Assembly (NCBI GenBank): GCA_963514005.1
Contig: OY740799.1
Span: 29,698,001-29,762,000 of the forward strand
Direction of reading: 5' to 3'
Source of the DNA: Raja brachyura
Taxonomy: Eukaryota
Length of the DNA: 64,000 nt
Part shown: one piece after another, positions 51,575-64,000 of the stretch
Numbering within the stretch: the stretch's first letter is position 1
Layout of the letters: each line of letters opens with the position of its first letter
Position numbers and translations under genes: made by a program
The notes under the pieces: generated by a model
The model's input: the letters and a program-made list of their open reading frames with translations, nothing else
What the model was told of the DNA's origin: nothing
Database searches by the model: none

Positions 51575-52860
51575 TCAACTCAAGTTGAGATTATTGTCAT
51601 AGGCACAAATATGTTGAGGTACAGGTACAATGAAAATCTTGCTTGTGGCAGCTCGTAGGCTCGTAGAGACAGACAACACATGGAGACATAAATTATACAT
51701 ACTACACATCAATTGCACAAACAATTCTACAAGAAAGTGAAAGGAAAAGGACTTTACAAAAAAAAAGACACTAGACCAAGGCACAATTAGAAAACAAGTT
51801 CCATGGTAATGCAAGAGATGGTACATAGTGTTCTGTTGTTGAGGTTGGATATGGGTTGTACAGGTGGTTGTAGAAAAGTAGCAATCATTAAGGGGCTATC
51901 CCACTGTGGCGAGCTAATTTGCGAGTTTCAAAGAGTTTGCGCTCGACTCAAACTCGCAGCATGGTCAACACGTGTTCCTAGAAGGTCCTATAAGGTCACT
52001 GGAACTCTCCTTCATGCTCGAGGGAAGTTCCCGAATATTCGTGGCCTCAGCTACGTCGCAGAAAATGTTTCAACTTCTCTCCCCTTCTCTCTCCTTCTCT
52101 CTCTTTCTCTCTCCTTCTCTCCCCTTCTCTCTCCCCCTCACTTCGAACTCTCTAAAGGACTTACCTTACACTTTGCAGCCGTCTTTAACCTTCCTCTTCA
52201 TCGTGTGTGTGAATTTCAGACAGCGCTCCCCCGCTTTCCCTGGCCCCCGCCTTTGCGATGTGTTTGTGTGCGGTCAGTCGATCCAGCTCGTGATTTCAAC
52301 ACGGACGGTTGATCCAGCTCGAGGTTTTCCAGGCGAGTGCCCTCGAGCTTGAAGGTCAAAGACACTCTCCTTAACTGGCGGATTAGATCGCCGCTGTGGG
52401 ACAGCCCCTTTAGCATGGTAGTATGCGACATCATGCTTCTGAACCTCTTGCCTGATGATAGCGGTAAGAAGAGGGCATGGCCTGAATGGTGGGGGCTTAG
52501 ATGATAGATGCTGCCTTTCTGGGGCTGCACGTCATGTAGATGCTTTTGATTGCTGTCTCTGTGATGGATTGGCCTGAGTTCACCACTCTCTGCAGCCCCT
52601 TACACTCCTGTGTGTTAGAATTGCTGTACCAGGCCAGAATGTAACAGTGCAAATGTGAAAGTTTGGTAGAGTTTTCGCGGACATGTCGAATCTCTTAAAA
52701 CTTTTAAGCAAGTGGAGCCACTGCTGGCCTTCTTTGTTGTTCTACTGGGTCAAGAACATCCGAGACATTAGCGTCCAGGAATGTGAAGCTGCCAGCTCTG
52801 TCCATCACTGAACTGCCAATAGAAATGGTACGTGGCCTCCTAACCTTCTCTTTCCGAACT
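51575..52860 (-). mobile_element. Old Rex1-like LINE 3' fragment interrupted by a MITE
   Basis: PHHSGHALFLPLSSGKRFRSMMSHTT and a gacaataatctcaacttgagttg tail. Confidence 0.75.
51891..52409. mobile_element. PIF/Harbinger-like MITE, complete
   Basis: TTA|AGGGGCTATCCCAC...GTGGGACAGCCCCT|TTA: imperfect TIRs that extend inward, with a 3-bp TTA target duplication. Confidence 0.85.
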
Positions 52861-53654
52861 CAACTAGTTGGTTCCCTTGGTTTTATAGATTTTGAGTGAT
52901 CGGCAATTGGGTGTTCTATCTCTTTCCAAAAAAAAGTTAAATAAAGCAAAAAAAAAAGCTTCAGAATTCAGTTGCTCCATAGGAACAATAATTAGAAGGA
53001 TAGATAAATTGAAATGATATTGTTTTCAGCAAAGATATTGTTGTTTGTAAAAAGTGACAACTATTTCCAGCATCCGCACATGCAATGCACACGCAAAGGT
53101 AAATGCAAACAGTGGAAATCAACAGTTGCTGCAAGTGACGTGTCCAGTGCCTGCACTTAGTACACACTACACAAAATATTTGGGACACCTTTCAACTGTT
53201 TGTGCACTCCCTTTGCTGTGAAACCCTTTGTAATCAAGAACTCTAGTTGCGTAAGGTATTACGTAGATTTCGAATGGCATTCTAAATTATAATAACTGCT
53301 GAACAAACTCTCTGGTGTTGTTATCTAATTTGACAAGCATAGATTGCTATAAATCTAAAAAAATAAGAACATTCCTACGAGTTTTAAATGTGTATGTTTT
53401 TCAATTATTTGATATCCAATGTTGTATGCTCCAGTGTTTATATTGCTTCAAGTAAAATGATTAAAATAATAAAATTGCACCTTGTTCCATTTTCATCTGC
53501 AGTCCCTGAGAATTCTATTTCATTCCTTGAATTGACTGGTAACATTATGATAATAAACCATCACAGTTTCACAAATATGACACAGCACAACATGTCATTT
53601 TGTAAATTGCTAAATCATAGAGGGTAGCATTTTTGTGGTTGGATGACCACCTGT

Positions 53655-53752
53655 CCGTCTGAAGAAGGCTTTCGGCCCGAAACATTGCCCATTTCCTTCG
53701 CTCCATAGATGCTGCCGCACCCGCTGAGTTTCTCCAGCACTTTTGTCTACTT
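53655..53752 (+). mobile_element. Penelope terminal-repeat fragment with hammerhead-like motif
   Basis: gtCTGAAGAaggctttcggcccGAAAcattgcc...gatgctgccgcacccgctgagtttctccagcac. Confidence 0.8.
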
Positions 53753-55357
53753 ATCCTTCATTGTTGATTGCCAAATCCTGGCCAAATTTCTGCTCCTTTT
53801 TGACACATTTACAAAATAAATGTCAGCATGTGTTGTCATCCCTAGTTGCTCTGGAGAAGGTGCTGAAAAAGCACTTGAACCATTGTAGTCTTTCCGGTGA
53901 AAGTAACCCGATGGTGCTATGGGTTGAGAATTCAGAATTTAGCAACGTCAGATGATGTGCAGCTTGGAAGCGAACCTGCAACTGGTGGTGTCCCTGTGCG
54001 TCTACTGCTCATACTTGCTGGTACAGTTTGTGGCTTCAGGACATTGTTGCCAATGTCTGGGCATGAAATGAAGAGGACTTTGTAGGTAGCACACACTGCA
54101 GCCACCTTGTATGTTGTTGAAGGAGTGGATGTTTAAAGTGGTCATGAGATATCAATCAGTCAGGGTTCTTTGACCTGGATATTGTTGAGCTGCTTGACTT
54201 TATTTGGTGCTATTTTCGTGTTATTCCAACGTGCTCCAGACTTGTACATTGTAGATGGAGTAACATTTTGAAAGGTCAGGCGGGGTGTTGCTTGCTGCAG
54301 GACAGGTAGCCTCTGACTCTTGTAATCGTGCAGTATTCATGCACCTGCCCTAAATGTGTTTCTGGTTAATTGCCTGAGTCAATTCCAACATACCTTAATT
54401 CCATCATACCTTCATTTTCAAAGTTGAATGAACATTATGCAATCATCAGTGAATATCCATGCTTCTGACTTCAAATCAGAAAATGTGAAATCAAATCAGA
54501 AGTTGCAGGAGATGGTTGGGTCTAGGTCAGTGCCCTGAAGAACTTCTGCAGTGATGTTGTGTGATGCGACTGTGGACAACTTTCCTTTCTTTAGATAAAA
54601 GTCATCCATTGGATGGCCAAATGTCAGCCCAGCATTTAGAGAATGTCAAACTGCTTACCAGGGTGTCTGAAGTAAAGACTGAATCCAAACTGTTCTGACA
54701 GGGAGGCTGTGGCTTTTATGTGGAAACTATATAATTCTGAATGTGCTCTCTAATGTTGAGGAAATTGGTAAATGCTATAGAAGGCAACATCTTGAGCTGA
54801 TTGGAAGTCCAGACCAGGAAACAGTGCAGGCATTACAGGTTCTTTCTCTGAAAGATAACGCTTAATGTACAATTGGTGCTATGGCCTCAACTTTTCACAA
54901 TTTATATAAATAGCTTGGATGAAGATATCAAAGGTATGGTTGTTAAATTTGCTGATCACAGAGAGATAGGTAAGAAAGTAAATTGTGAAGAGGATATAAG
55001 GAGGCTACTTTATGATATAGGTAGATGAAGTGAGCATAATGCAATTAGAGTGAAATTCTCAATGTTAACATGAAGATTGAAAAACAACTATTTTTTCTAA
55101 ATGAGGAAACATACAGATGGTTCTGGGTGTACTAGCAAAAGGGTAGCATGCAGGTACTGCAAATTTAGAAAATTAATATCACTTCTGTTTACTATAAACC
55201 AAATCCAGCTGTGTTCAGGAATTCAGCTAATGTTGAAGTGTGTTATGGTGATACATACACACATGTAGTGCTAGCAACCTCATCTCCACAGCCACGTTCT
55301 AGTTGAGCACAGCAGCTGAGCTAGGTCCTGCTGGGTTTCCCCAACATTAGAAATTAT

Positions 55358-55566
55358 TGGGCCCGTCCCACTTGGGCGTCATTTGTGAGTCATTTACGCG
55401 ACATCATTTACGCGTCACGATGCACGACGCGCGAATGGCGTGCATTACTCGCGCATGGCACGTGGTGATGTAGGCAGTAGCGCGCGGCACCCACGATTTT
55501 GGGATTCTCAAAATTCTCGCCACCACCTGTGTGACGTGCAAATTACGTCCAAGTGGGACAGGCCCT
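55358..55566. mobile_element. PIF/Harbinger-like MITE, complete, about 209 bp
   Basis: TIRs gggcccgtcccacttgggcgtcatttg and caaattacgtccaagtgggacaggccc, flanked by TAT on both sides. Confidence 0.8.
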
Positions 55567-58473
55567 TATCTTTCTATTTCCATGCAAGATCAAACTAGCT
55601 TAAGGACTCCTTCAGTTGAATGAAAATTCCTGATCTGCAGAATAGGGAAGATAACAGATTTTCAAAATCATTTGATTTGAATTTTTTAATGAAGTGGAAG
55701 TGATTTTATGCATTTAAAAATATTTTAATAAATTTAGTATTTTTAATTACTTCGTTTTGAAACTTGCATCGATATTAATAGTTTTTATATATTCGTGAAT
55801 GACGGAGTCACTTAAACAAAATTGCGTTCTTCAATTGCTTGAGGTGAAAATGCATGCAGTTTTTCCTGCTGTCAAAACAAGTCTGGGTACTGAGGAAAGA
55901 GCTTTAATATTAAGCTTCCTGAGGATCATACTGTATGCCTTGTTACATCTTGCCAGAGGCTTGGTGAAAATCTCCTATGCATCCATGTTAGCATTGCCAT
56001 GGGCCATCATGGACAGTGAACCCTATCCACCTCAAGTTTACCCATTTGGACATTTTAATTCCGGTTGGAACTGGAAATATCCAATTTCGTTTTGGTCTAA
56101 GAAATAATAATGTTCATGTCAATGGCATACGTGAAATTACTGATTGCATTTACTCAACTATTGGGCAAATTCACATCCAAATCAGGAATTAAAGGCAATG
56201 TTGAATTTGTTTTGTTGCTCTCTGGGTAAATTAATGTTGGGATTCCATTAGTGAAGTTATTGGAATACTTTTTTATCAAATCAGTTCATTCATTTTTGTT
56301 ACTTAATTATAAGTTTTATTCAGTGAACAATATTGTTAGCCCTTGATCGCTGCAAAAATAGGCTTCCGGGTAAAATGTACCAAAGCGTATAATGAGGAAA
56401 TGTCGCTGTGCTGCATTTTATAAGGAATACTTCATAAGAAAGGCTGAAATTCAAATCACTGTTAAAGTTCTATGAATGCATTAAAAAGAAGGAACTTAAA
56501 GGAATCAGACTTGAAGAATTTTACAAGTCGAGTCTTTCTAAAATCTTTGTAGTTATTGGAATAATTTAATTATTCATGAAGCAAGGTCTGATGGATTGGA
56601 TCACGATTTTAACATTTCAATGTGGTAATATTCAAAGTCCAGCGTTGCTTCATTATCCTTACTAACACCATACCTTACATTCATTGTGGATCTGTAAATC
56701 AGAATAATTTACTGTCTTTTATTCAGATTTCCTTCAGATTCATTATTCAACAAAACTTTATTCTAGATAACTAAAGCACAGATAATACGTCAGAATTATT
56801 TCATGTAACTTTAGTTTCTGTGCAAGGATTTTGTCCTTTTGATGCCATAGATGCCAAGGAATGGAAATCCCTAAGAGTGGGATTTAGTACCAAAGACTGA
56901 GGTTCATGACCAAAGAGAGACCAACCCTTGTCCGGACTCTCAACTTTGGTATGTGGTTGCATTCAGGAATTTGTGTTTTAGGAGTTACCCAGTACTAAGG
57001 GTTGTTTTTAAATGTTCTGCAAATAATTACCAATAAATCTCTGAATTCATTCTATTATACTTCAAGTTCATGTACATACACCCATCTCAAACAATGGTAA
57101 ATTCTGAGAGAGAGGTCGCTGAAGGAGTAGTAACTCAAAGAATCTGGCATTGCATTGTGCCTCGACCAGCTCTTTAGAAGATCTGTTTGAAATTACACAG
57201 AGTGCCAATGGGAAAGATTTGCCCATGAGTACACGACATTTTGTCTGGATATGAATGCGGACCTGGATCAAAATGAGCCCAGACCCAGATTCGAGTGGAT
57301 TGTGCGTGGAGATGGGTGAAGATAAGGTTTGTGTTTCACCTCCACTTTCCTGCCTTCACTTTGCTCTTCTGGGACATTGGCAACTTAAATTTAGGGCTGC
57401 CCTGAGGATCCCTGGGAAGACTTGGGAAACCTTAACCAACTGCTAGCCCAGGTGAAAGTTACGTATGTGCATAAGTTGCTTACTTCCTGCCTGTAATGCC
57501 AGTAATTGAGGAATCTCACTGTTTACGCAGAACAATGATGTGTTAAATTAGATGAGCAATTCTTTGGAGTATGAAATTGTGTATTAACGTGGACGTCTCA
57601 TATCCAATTTGTGAAATGTTACATGTTTGTTATGCTTTTCCAAAAAGTACCAAAATGATTAATGCCTGTGTCCAAAAGAAAACGATAGAATGAGAATGCA
57701 CATTCATAATAGAACCAATTGCACCACAATAGTCCAGGGATTTGCCTGAACCACTCAACCATTTAATTACTAAATAATTTGCTTCATTTTATAGTTCCAA
57801 TTGCAAAACAGTTGGCACCGTTAACTCCTGAGACATTTCTCCTTCTTTTGATGTATATATTTTTGTTGCTATATTCAATACACCAGTTAAATTGTTGCTT
57901 ATATTCTCGCAAGAACAATATCTGCTTTCAATATATCTATGTTAATGGAGTTCAGTTATTAAAAATACATTCCAAAAGTCAGTTAATTTTCGACGTAACT
58001 AAACAAGAATCCATGGTGTTCCTATTATTTGATTTGTTGCAGTTTTACTTATAAATAATAAACGTCTTCATACTTAAACAACAGAAGAGCTTAATATTTG
58101 AAAATGCTAAATTTAGTACTTCATTCTCCTGCCACCTGCTGTTACTTTTATAGATTCGGCAACTGAAATATACTTCGGCTAAGAAATGAGCTAAGGAATC
58201 AGGATATGAGGATAAACTAACCATCCCAAAAATATTGTCACCAATTAATCGGACTGGTGTATATAGGCGCCAGAAATGCTTTGGTGACTTAATTCTTTAA
58301 GAAATTCTACAGATTGAGAGGTGATAGTGATGAGCATTAAATGCAGGAAACATGGGGATGAATAATGCCATCTATGCTATTCCTGCATCCACAATTTGTG
58401 TTGCCCCAAGGATCTGATTAAGTCGGAGGTTTCACTGACGTGACTGCCTTGCTAAGCTCAGCTGTGCACAAGT

Positions 58474-58636
58474 GGTAGACACAAAATGCTGGAGTAACTC
58501 AGCGGGATAGGCAGCATCACTGGATAGAACGTCACCCATTTCTTCTGCCAAGAAATGCTGCCTGTCCTGCCGAGTTACTCCAGCAATTTGTGTCTATCTT
58601 TGGTATAGACCAACACCTGCAGTTCCTTCCCTACAC
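58474..58636. mobile_element. Fold-back Penelope terminal-repeat element
   Basis: Arms at about 58475-58517 and 58555-58598 are nearly complementary. Confidence 0.8.
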
Positions 58637-60249
58637 ATTTTGACCACAAGTGGTGACTCGGCTTCAAGTTGCAGATCCTGATGCCCCTTGACAACTCTGC
58701 TGGCTTCTGACAGCTCATTGCTGTCAAACTTGTTTGAAGTGCTTTTAAATGAATACGAGTATCTGTTACAGACTACAAATAATTCAAACCATTTAAAAAA
58801 ATATTTTTTAAAAGAGACAACATTTAAAAACACATTTTCTTAAAAGCAGCTTCAAGTACTTAAAAAAAAGTAAAGAACAATAACATTAAGTCAAATAGGC
58901 CTATCTTTTCAATCGAGTTTCAGAAACCCATTCAAATGATTGGGATTGTGCTACATATGTCAGCCAATGCTTCCGTCCTCTCTTTTCAGAATGCTTCACT
59001 GTCCTAGGACTTGGTGCTAAGTTCAACGGTGGAGCAGGAGGTCAAATACACCAGCATCAGCTTCTTCATGACACTCTACATTGCAATGCACAGCGGGGAA
59101 GTCAGGAACAGGGAGCTGTGCAGTCCTCTGCCGCCAGTTGGAATCCTCAGCTGATCCGCCTGCCAGCGGGTAGCATGATCCGGCCCATTAAATTCTCTAG
59201 AGCATCAATAAACCATTTTACGTATGAGTTGAAAGGATTGTATAATACTCAATAGTCTTGCTTCATAAACCTTCAGTGGCCAGGGGGTCACATTCATTGA
59301 TCTTTACTCTTCTGGACCTTCTCCATGTGGTTGCTCATTTCCTAGCTCAAGAGAATTTGTGCAGTTATTGTCAGATCAAAATGATGAACCAAATCATTGT
59401 CATCACAGTCTCTTATTTTCTGAATACACCAGTTTTTTACTCTTGGCTTGGTGCATCATAGGGTCAAAGGACATTCTGGCTCTGAGGTCAATTCATTGTG
59501 TCCATGCTGGTACAAAATGTGTTCTTGGCTAAATCATGTTGGTTATGGCCAGGGTTCACCAGCAGTAAATCTGGTGCTTCCATGTGGCATCCGATAGTGG
59601 AACCCAGATTTCCTGGGAATCCTGGGTTTATGCAGGCAAATTGTATCGAGGGATGGGACCCAGGATGTAATTAATTGTGTTGGTAGGGAACAGTTTTAGG
59701 AGGCATCGGAGAAGTTAATTTACATTTATGATATTATTTTATTTTATAGGTATTTTTGTTAACTTTAAAATATTCATTCAATTTCATTCATTAATATTCA
59801 TTAAAAATATATATTTACATCAATTCTTTGAAATATTAAAGCTCTCCAAATCACTGCCTGGGCCAAAAGCCAGGCACCACTCCTGGCCTTGCCTCCTGTC
59901 AGGCGTTGCCATGGTGACCTGAGTGTGGACCCTCTGCATCAATTCTCTGAAATTAACACCATGTGTCATCTTTCGCTCACCAAACGAGTCTACCGATATC
60001 TTTCCACAGACTACCTTTCTTCCACTCTATCAGCCACATACCAATGTACCACTTTATACCACTTGAATATTTCATAATCATGCTCCCTTTCTTATAACTT
60101 ACAAATCACAAAGGATCTGGAATTGAACTGCTGAAATCAGAAGAAAACAGTTGCTAATATCCAGTTTGCCATTAACGTTTAACCATTAACTTATTATTAA
60201 CTAGTTTTGCCACTTTACCATTTACTTTCACTTTTCTGATCAATCTGGA

Positions 60250-61165
60250 GTCTTGGTAATATTTATTATGGTCACGTGTACTGAAATACTGTGACAAAGT
60301 TTGTTTTACATGTTCTCCGGGCAGATTATACCATATATGATCAACTGGTTGAGCAAAAGAGAAAAATAAACAGTGCAGAATATAGTGTAATATCTACAGA
60401 GGAGGTGCAGGCTGGGGCATGTACTCCACCTTGCTTCGCAAAGTCGATCACCAGTTCCTTCATTTTTCTTGCATTAACAAAGAGGTAATTGTCTTTACAC
60501 CATGCTACTAAGCTCTCTATCTCCTACTTGTACTTCCTCATGCCATTGGTCAAGATTCGGCCCACCATAGTGGTATCATTGGCAAACTCGCAAATAGAAT
60601 TAGTGCAAAATTCGGAATTCTGACAACAATCCTGACCAATTCCATCAAATACACCTCCTAAAAAAAATCAATTACGTTAGACAGACATCAGCTAACATTA
60701 CGAAATCAATGTCGACTGTTCGTGATCAATGTTTATTTTTTCAAGTGATGGCCTTCAGAATATGTTTCTGATAATTTTCCAAATATCTATGTCTGCCCAT
60801 TTGGTCTCCTTACTTCAATCAAGGACCAGTCTCACCTCGGTCACTCCCTCTTCTCCCCGCTCCCCTCAGGTAAATGGTACAGAAGTGTGAAAACACATAC
60901 TCCAGATTCATGGGCAGTTTCTTCCCAGTTGTTATTAGGCATCTGCGTGGTCCTCTCCCAGCTAGAGTGCGGTCCTGACCTCATCGGAGACCTTTGAACT
61001 GCCTTTAAACATACTTTATCTTGCACTAAATGCTACACCCTTATCCTTTAAATATACACTGTGGACAACTTGTATGTAATGATGTAGTCTTTCCTTGGAC
61101 TGGGTAGCACATAACAAAAGCTTTTCACTGTATCTCGGTGCATGTGACAATTATAATAAACTCAA
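60250..61165. mobile_element. Two Rex1-like fragments (60250-60610 minus, 60840-61165 plus)
   Basis: Minus: FANDTTMVGRI-like segment. Plus: PLPSGKWYRSVKTHT and a gtgacaatt tail. Confidence 0.65.
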
Positions 61166-62189
61166 CCAAACTTCCCTTTTAATCAATGCGCATCCTTCAT
61201 TTTGAAACGCTAGCAACTTGCTTCTGAAAACATCACAGCTTTGAAGGAATTATCAAAATACAAAATTGAAATCCCTACTCTACACTGTGATATATGCATC
61301 AGATTACCGTGTCTACTAGTTGAGGAGGAATAAGAATGCTTCTTCCCATTAAGAATAAATAAGTCACAAGATCATTTTGACACAAACTGATTAGTATATA
61401 GTGTGACCATCACATCAGAATTGTGATCTTGAGCATGCCCTCAGGAATTGCCATTATTTAAAGGAATTATTTTCTTTAAAAGGAAAATAACCACATTGTT
61501 GAAGCAAAGCAAAGCTAGCTTATTTCAAGGTTATTCTTTTCTCCCTTTTCAGTTAGTTCATTTTTGACTGTTACCTTAGCAACAGTCCTTCTCAACAGTC
61601 AGAATGGGAAATGTTCAGCAAATCATTTCAGAAAATGAAGATGAAAATATAATCCTCCATGCTTGCTGAAAATGCAAGTCATTTTCAAATGGTGAGTTAT
61701 TTCACCTCTACCTTGTAGTTAAAATATTACAAACTATATGTGAACTGAACTACTCGTTTTCCAAATGTCTCCTGAAATTCTTAAACCGGGTACTGTTATT
61801 CCTGCTAATTACAGTAGGACCTTGCTGAGTTTCATTCTTCAATGTTTGTTGACCATGAGTGATCTCTAATCCTTAATGGCACAGTCACGCGATGTTGATG
61901 TTAAACAGCTTAATTTTATCCTTCTGCTAAATTTATACCTTCACAGTAAATCAAAAGAATTTCTTGCAGGAGGATATTTGCATAATTGTTCTCCCCAATG
62001 GACCTAGCAAAGATTTATTTATCTACGACACTATTCTGAAGGTAAGCAATGTCCCCTCTTCACACAAGAACATGCTCGACTGTGTTAAGTGGCATTACTG
62101 CCGTACTAAGTAGGATAGATGAGAAGCGGGTGTAGGAGCCCAAAACTAGGCATCCACTCACTTCATTTCAATCCTAACCTGGCCATCAA

Positions 62190-62925
62190 ACCGACAGACC
62201 ATGGTGTTGCCACTCTGATATAGCGATTGGCGTCAACCTTGCAGAGGACGAATGGCAGCTCTCAGACACCTCCTCATACCTTACCTCGGACCATGACCCC
62301 ACCAATGAACACTAGGCCACTGTCTACCTGAATTCCGCAGATCTCATCACATCTGTAGATCTACACTATACAATCTGCAACCTGATACTGCCCCAGCACA
62401 CACTGCCTGCTTCTGTCTCTTCTCCAAGATCCACAAACAGGACTGTACTGGTAGGGCAATTTTTTCTGCTTGTTGTTGCACCACCACCACTATCCTCGTA
62501 CCTTGTGTGTGTCCCCACCCCACTCTCACCTTCAAAACCATTTGGATTTTCTCAACCTTTTCTCCCCAGTCCCCAATTATCCAGTTTTGTCCACCTCCCC
62601 CACCTGTTTCCATCCACTGATTGTCCAACAGTCTTCTGTCTCCTCCCCCAGCTGTTTCCAACTGCCCACAGGTCCTCTCTTCCTGGATCCATTCATCACC
62701 TTCCTCACTAAGTCCACCTATCATCTTCTGTCCCCGTCCCCACCACTCCCCTCTCTCCTTTATACTGGCTCTGCTCCCTTTCCACTCTCAGGTGGATACT
62801 TGATACAGGTCCCGACCTGAAACATCAAACATTCCTTTCCCTCCACAGATACTGCCTTACTTACCTGGTTCCTCCAAAAGTTGTTTTTATTAACTCCAGA
62901 TTTTAGCATCTGCAGTCTCTTGCAT
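62190..62925 (+). mobile_element. Degenerate Penelope-like fragment with terminal repeat
   Basis: IKPTD..G, and FCLFSKIHKQDCTGRAI (LPKIHK...GRPI-like), then aggtcccgacctgaaacatc in the terminal repeat. Confidence 0.7.
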
Positions 62926-63099
62926 ATCCACAATCTATCAGCAGTAGTAAAGCTGCATTTCTATAGTAGAATTGTAGAGTTCAATTGTAACCACTAGGTA
63001 CAACCTGAACCTTGGCTTTAAGGATGTTGGTTATGAGAATTAATGAAGGTACCAATGAGCCAACCGTAAAGAGGGTAGTGGAGGAGAGGAGCCATGATT

Positions 63100-63650
63100 C
63101 CCAAAAAGGAAAGCATTTCAGAAGTCCTGAGAATCTGAGAGAAAAGGATGGCATCCGTACAGGAGACAGAATGAGCGAAGGTGTTGTCTAGGTAACTGTG
63201 GGCATCAGTGGATTGTAGCAGATATCAATGGACAGCATGTTCACTGAGATGGAGACAGATATCACAAAAGGGGAGAGAGGTATCAGAAATGGACCATGTA
63301 AATTTGAAGGCAGGGTAGGAGTTAATGGTGAAGCCGATGAAATTCCAGATGGGTGCAATCATCAATGCAGTCATCAATGTAGCAGAGAAAGGGTTGGGTT
63401 GTGGTGGCAGAGTAGGCTTGGAACAAAGATTGCTCCATATAGCCAATGAAGAGGGGGCATAGATTAAGCTCATGCGAGTTCCCATGGCTACACCTTTAAT
63501 TTGTAGGAGCTGGGAAGAATCAAGAGAGGAAGTGCCAAGGGTGAGAATAAATTCTGTCTCTCACAGGAGAGTGTTAGGATAGAAGTACTGGTTGGATCCA
63601 CATTCTAGAAAGAAGCAGAGGGCCTTCGTTATGGAGGATAGGAGAGTATA
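63100..63650 (-). mobile_element. Penelope-like reverse transcriptase fragment
   Basis: Minus strand gives GVAMGTRM, YIDDCI and FKFTWSISDTSLPF. Confidence 0.85.
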
Positions 63651-63665
63651 CGGAACAAACATCTA

Positions 63666-64000
63666 TCTATGCATAACTAAAACTCTTATCCTGTTATCTT
63701 CCGGTTTGGCGGTCTTTGTATTTGAGCAAAAACGGTTTGCAATAGTGTTCTCCTGTGTTGCGAGTCCACCAAGCTTCGTTCTGATCGGTTGAATGTCGTA
63801 AAAGTTAGCGAGGTTTAAATATCTTAAAAACCGCGCATGCGCAAATCGATTTCTTCTCCTGCCACTCTGCGCCGCGCGGATTAGTCACTTCCGCTGTCAC
63901 TCCCCGGGACGGTCCTCCCCTTCCTGCGCCATTGCGTCTTTACTGGAGCTCAGGATGGCCGGCGGAGGTTTCCAACCAGACTTTAGGTGGGACCCGAAGC
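63666..64000 (+). mobile_element. Non-autonomous Helitron running off the right edge
   Basis: A|TCTATGCATAACTAAAACTCTTATCCTGTT matches the 5' end of the 50469-50888 element. GGGACCC at 63989-63995 is probably the first arm of the terminal hairpin. Confidence 0.7.

Noticed and set aside
51803-52352. 169-aa and 126-aa ORFs
   Set aside because: They span a MITE with a low-complexity CT tract and show no transposase motifs.
59880-60060. Possible Harbinger transposase remnant (RVYR...YL)
   Set aside because: The match is too short and degenerate to support without a profile search.
43308-64000. Next ANKS1B exon (GSNVMEDQDL-like second half of SAM1)
   Set aside because: Not found by eye; it presumably lies beyond the window.

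Overview
Eukaryotic, AT-rich and repeat-dense vertebrate DNA. The HE1-type V-SINEs, CR1 LINEs and Penelope elements point to a cartilaginous fish, probably a skate or ray (inferred). The whole window lies inside one large + strand gene that I recognise as ANKS1B (AIDA-1/EB-1). Four phase-compatible coding exons (2509-2677, 33423-34087, 38830-38902, 43201-43307) splice into the linker region and the start of SAM domain 1. An in-frame upstream extension (ATG 43107, MWQCHLS...LLKRLPLQPLT) matches the N-terminus of the mammalian short AIDA-1 isoforms as I recall it, which implies a conserved internal promoter. The introns contain CR1 and Rex1-like LINE fragments, tRNA-derived SINEs, PIF/Harbinger-like MITEs, two non-autonomous Helitrons and many Penelope-like fragments. 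The Penelope terminal repeats carry a minimal hammerhead-ribozyme motif, and several form short fold-back palindromes. All identifications come from reading the sequence and recalling families; no database searches were run, and most repeat boundaries are approximate.
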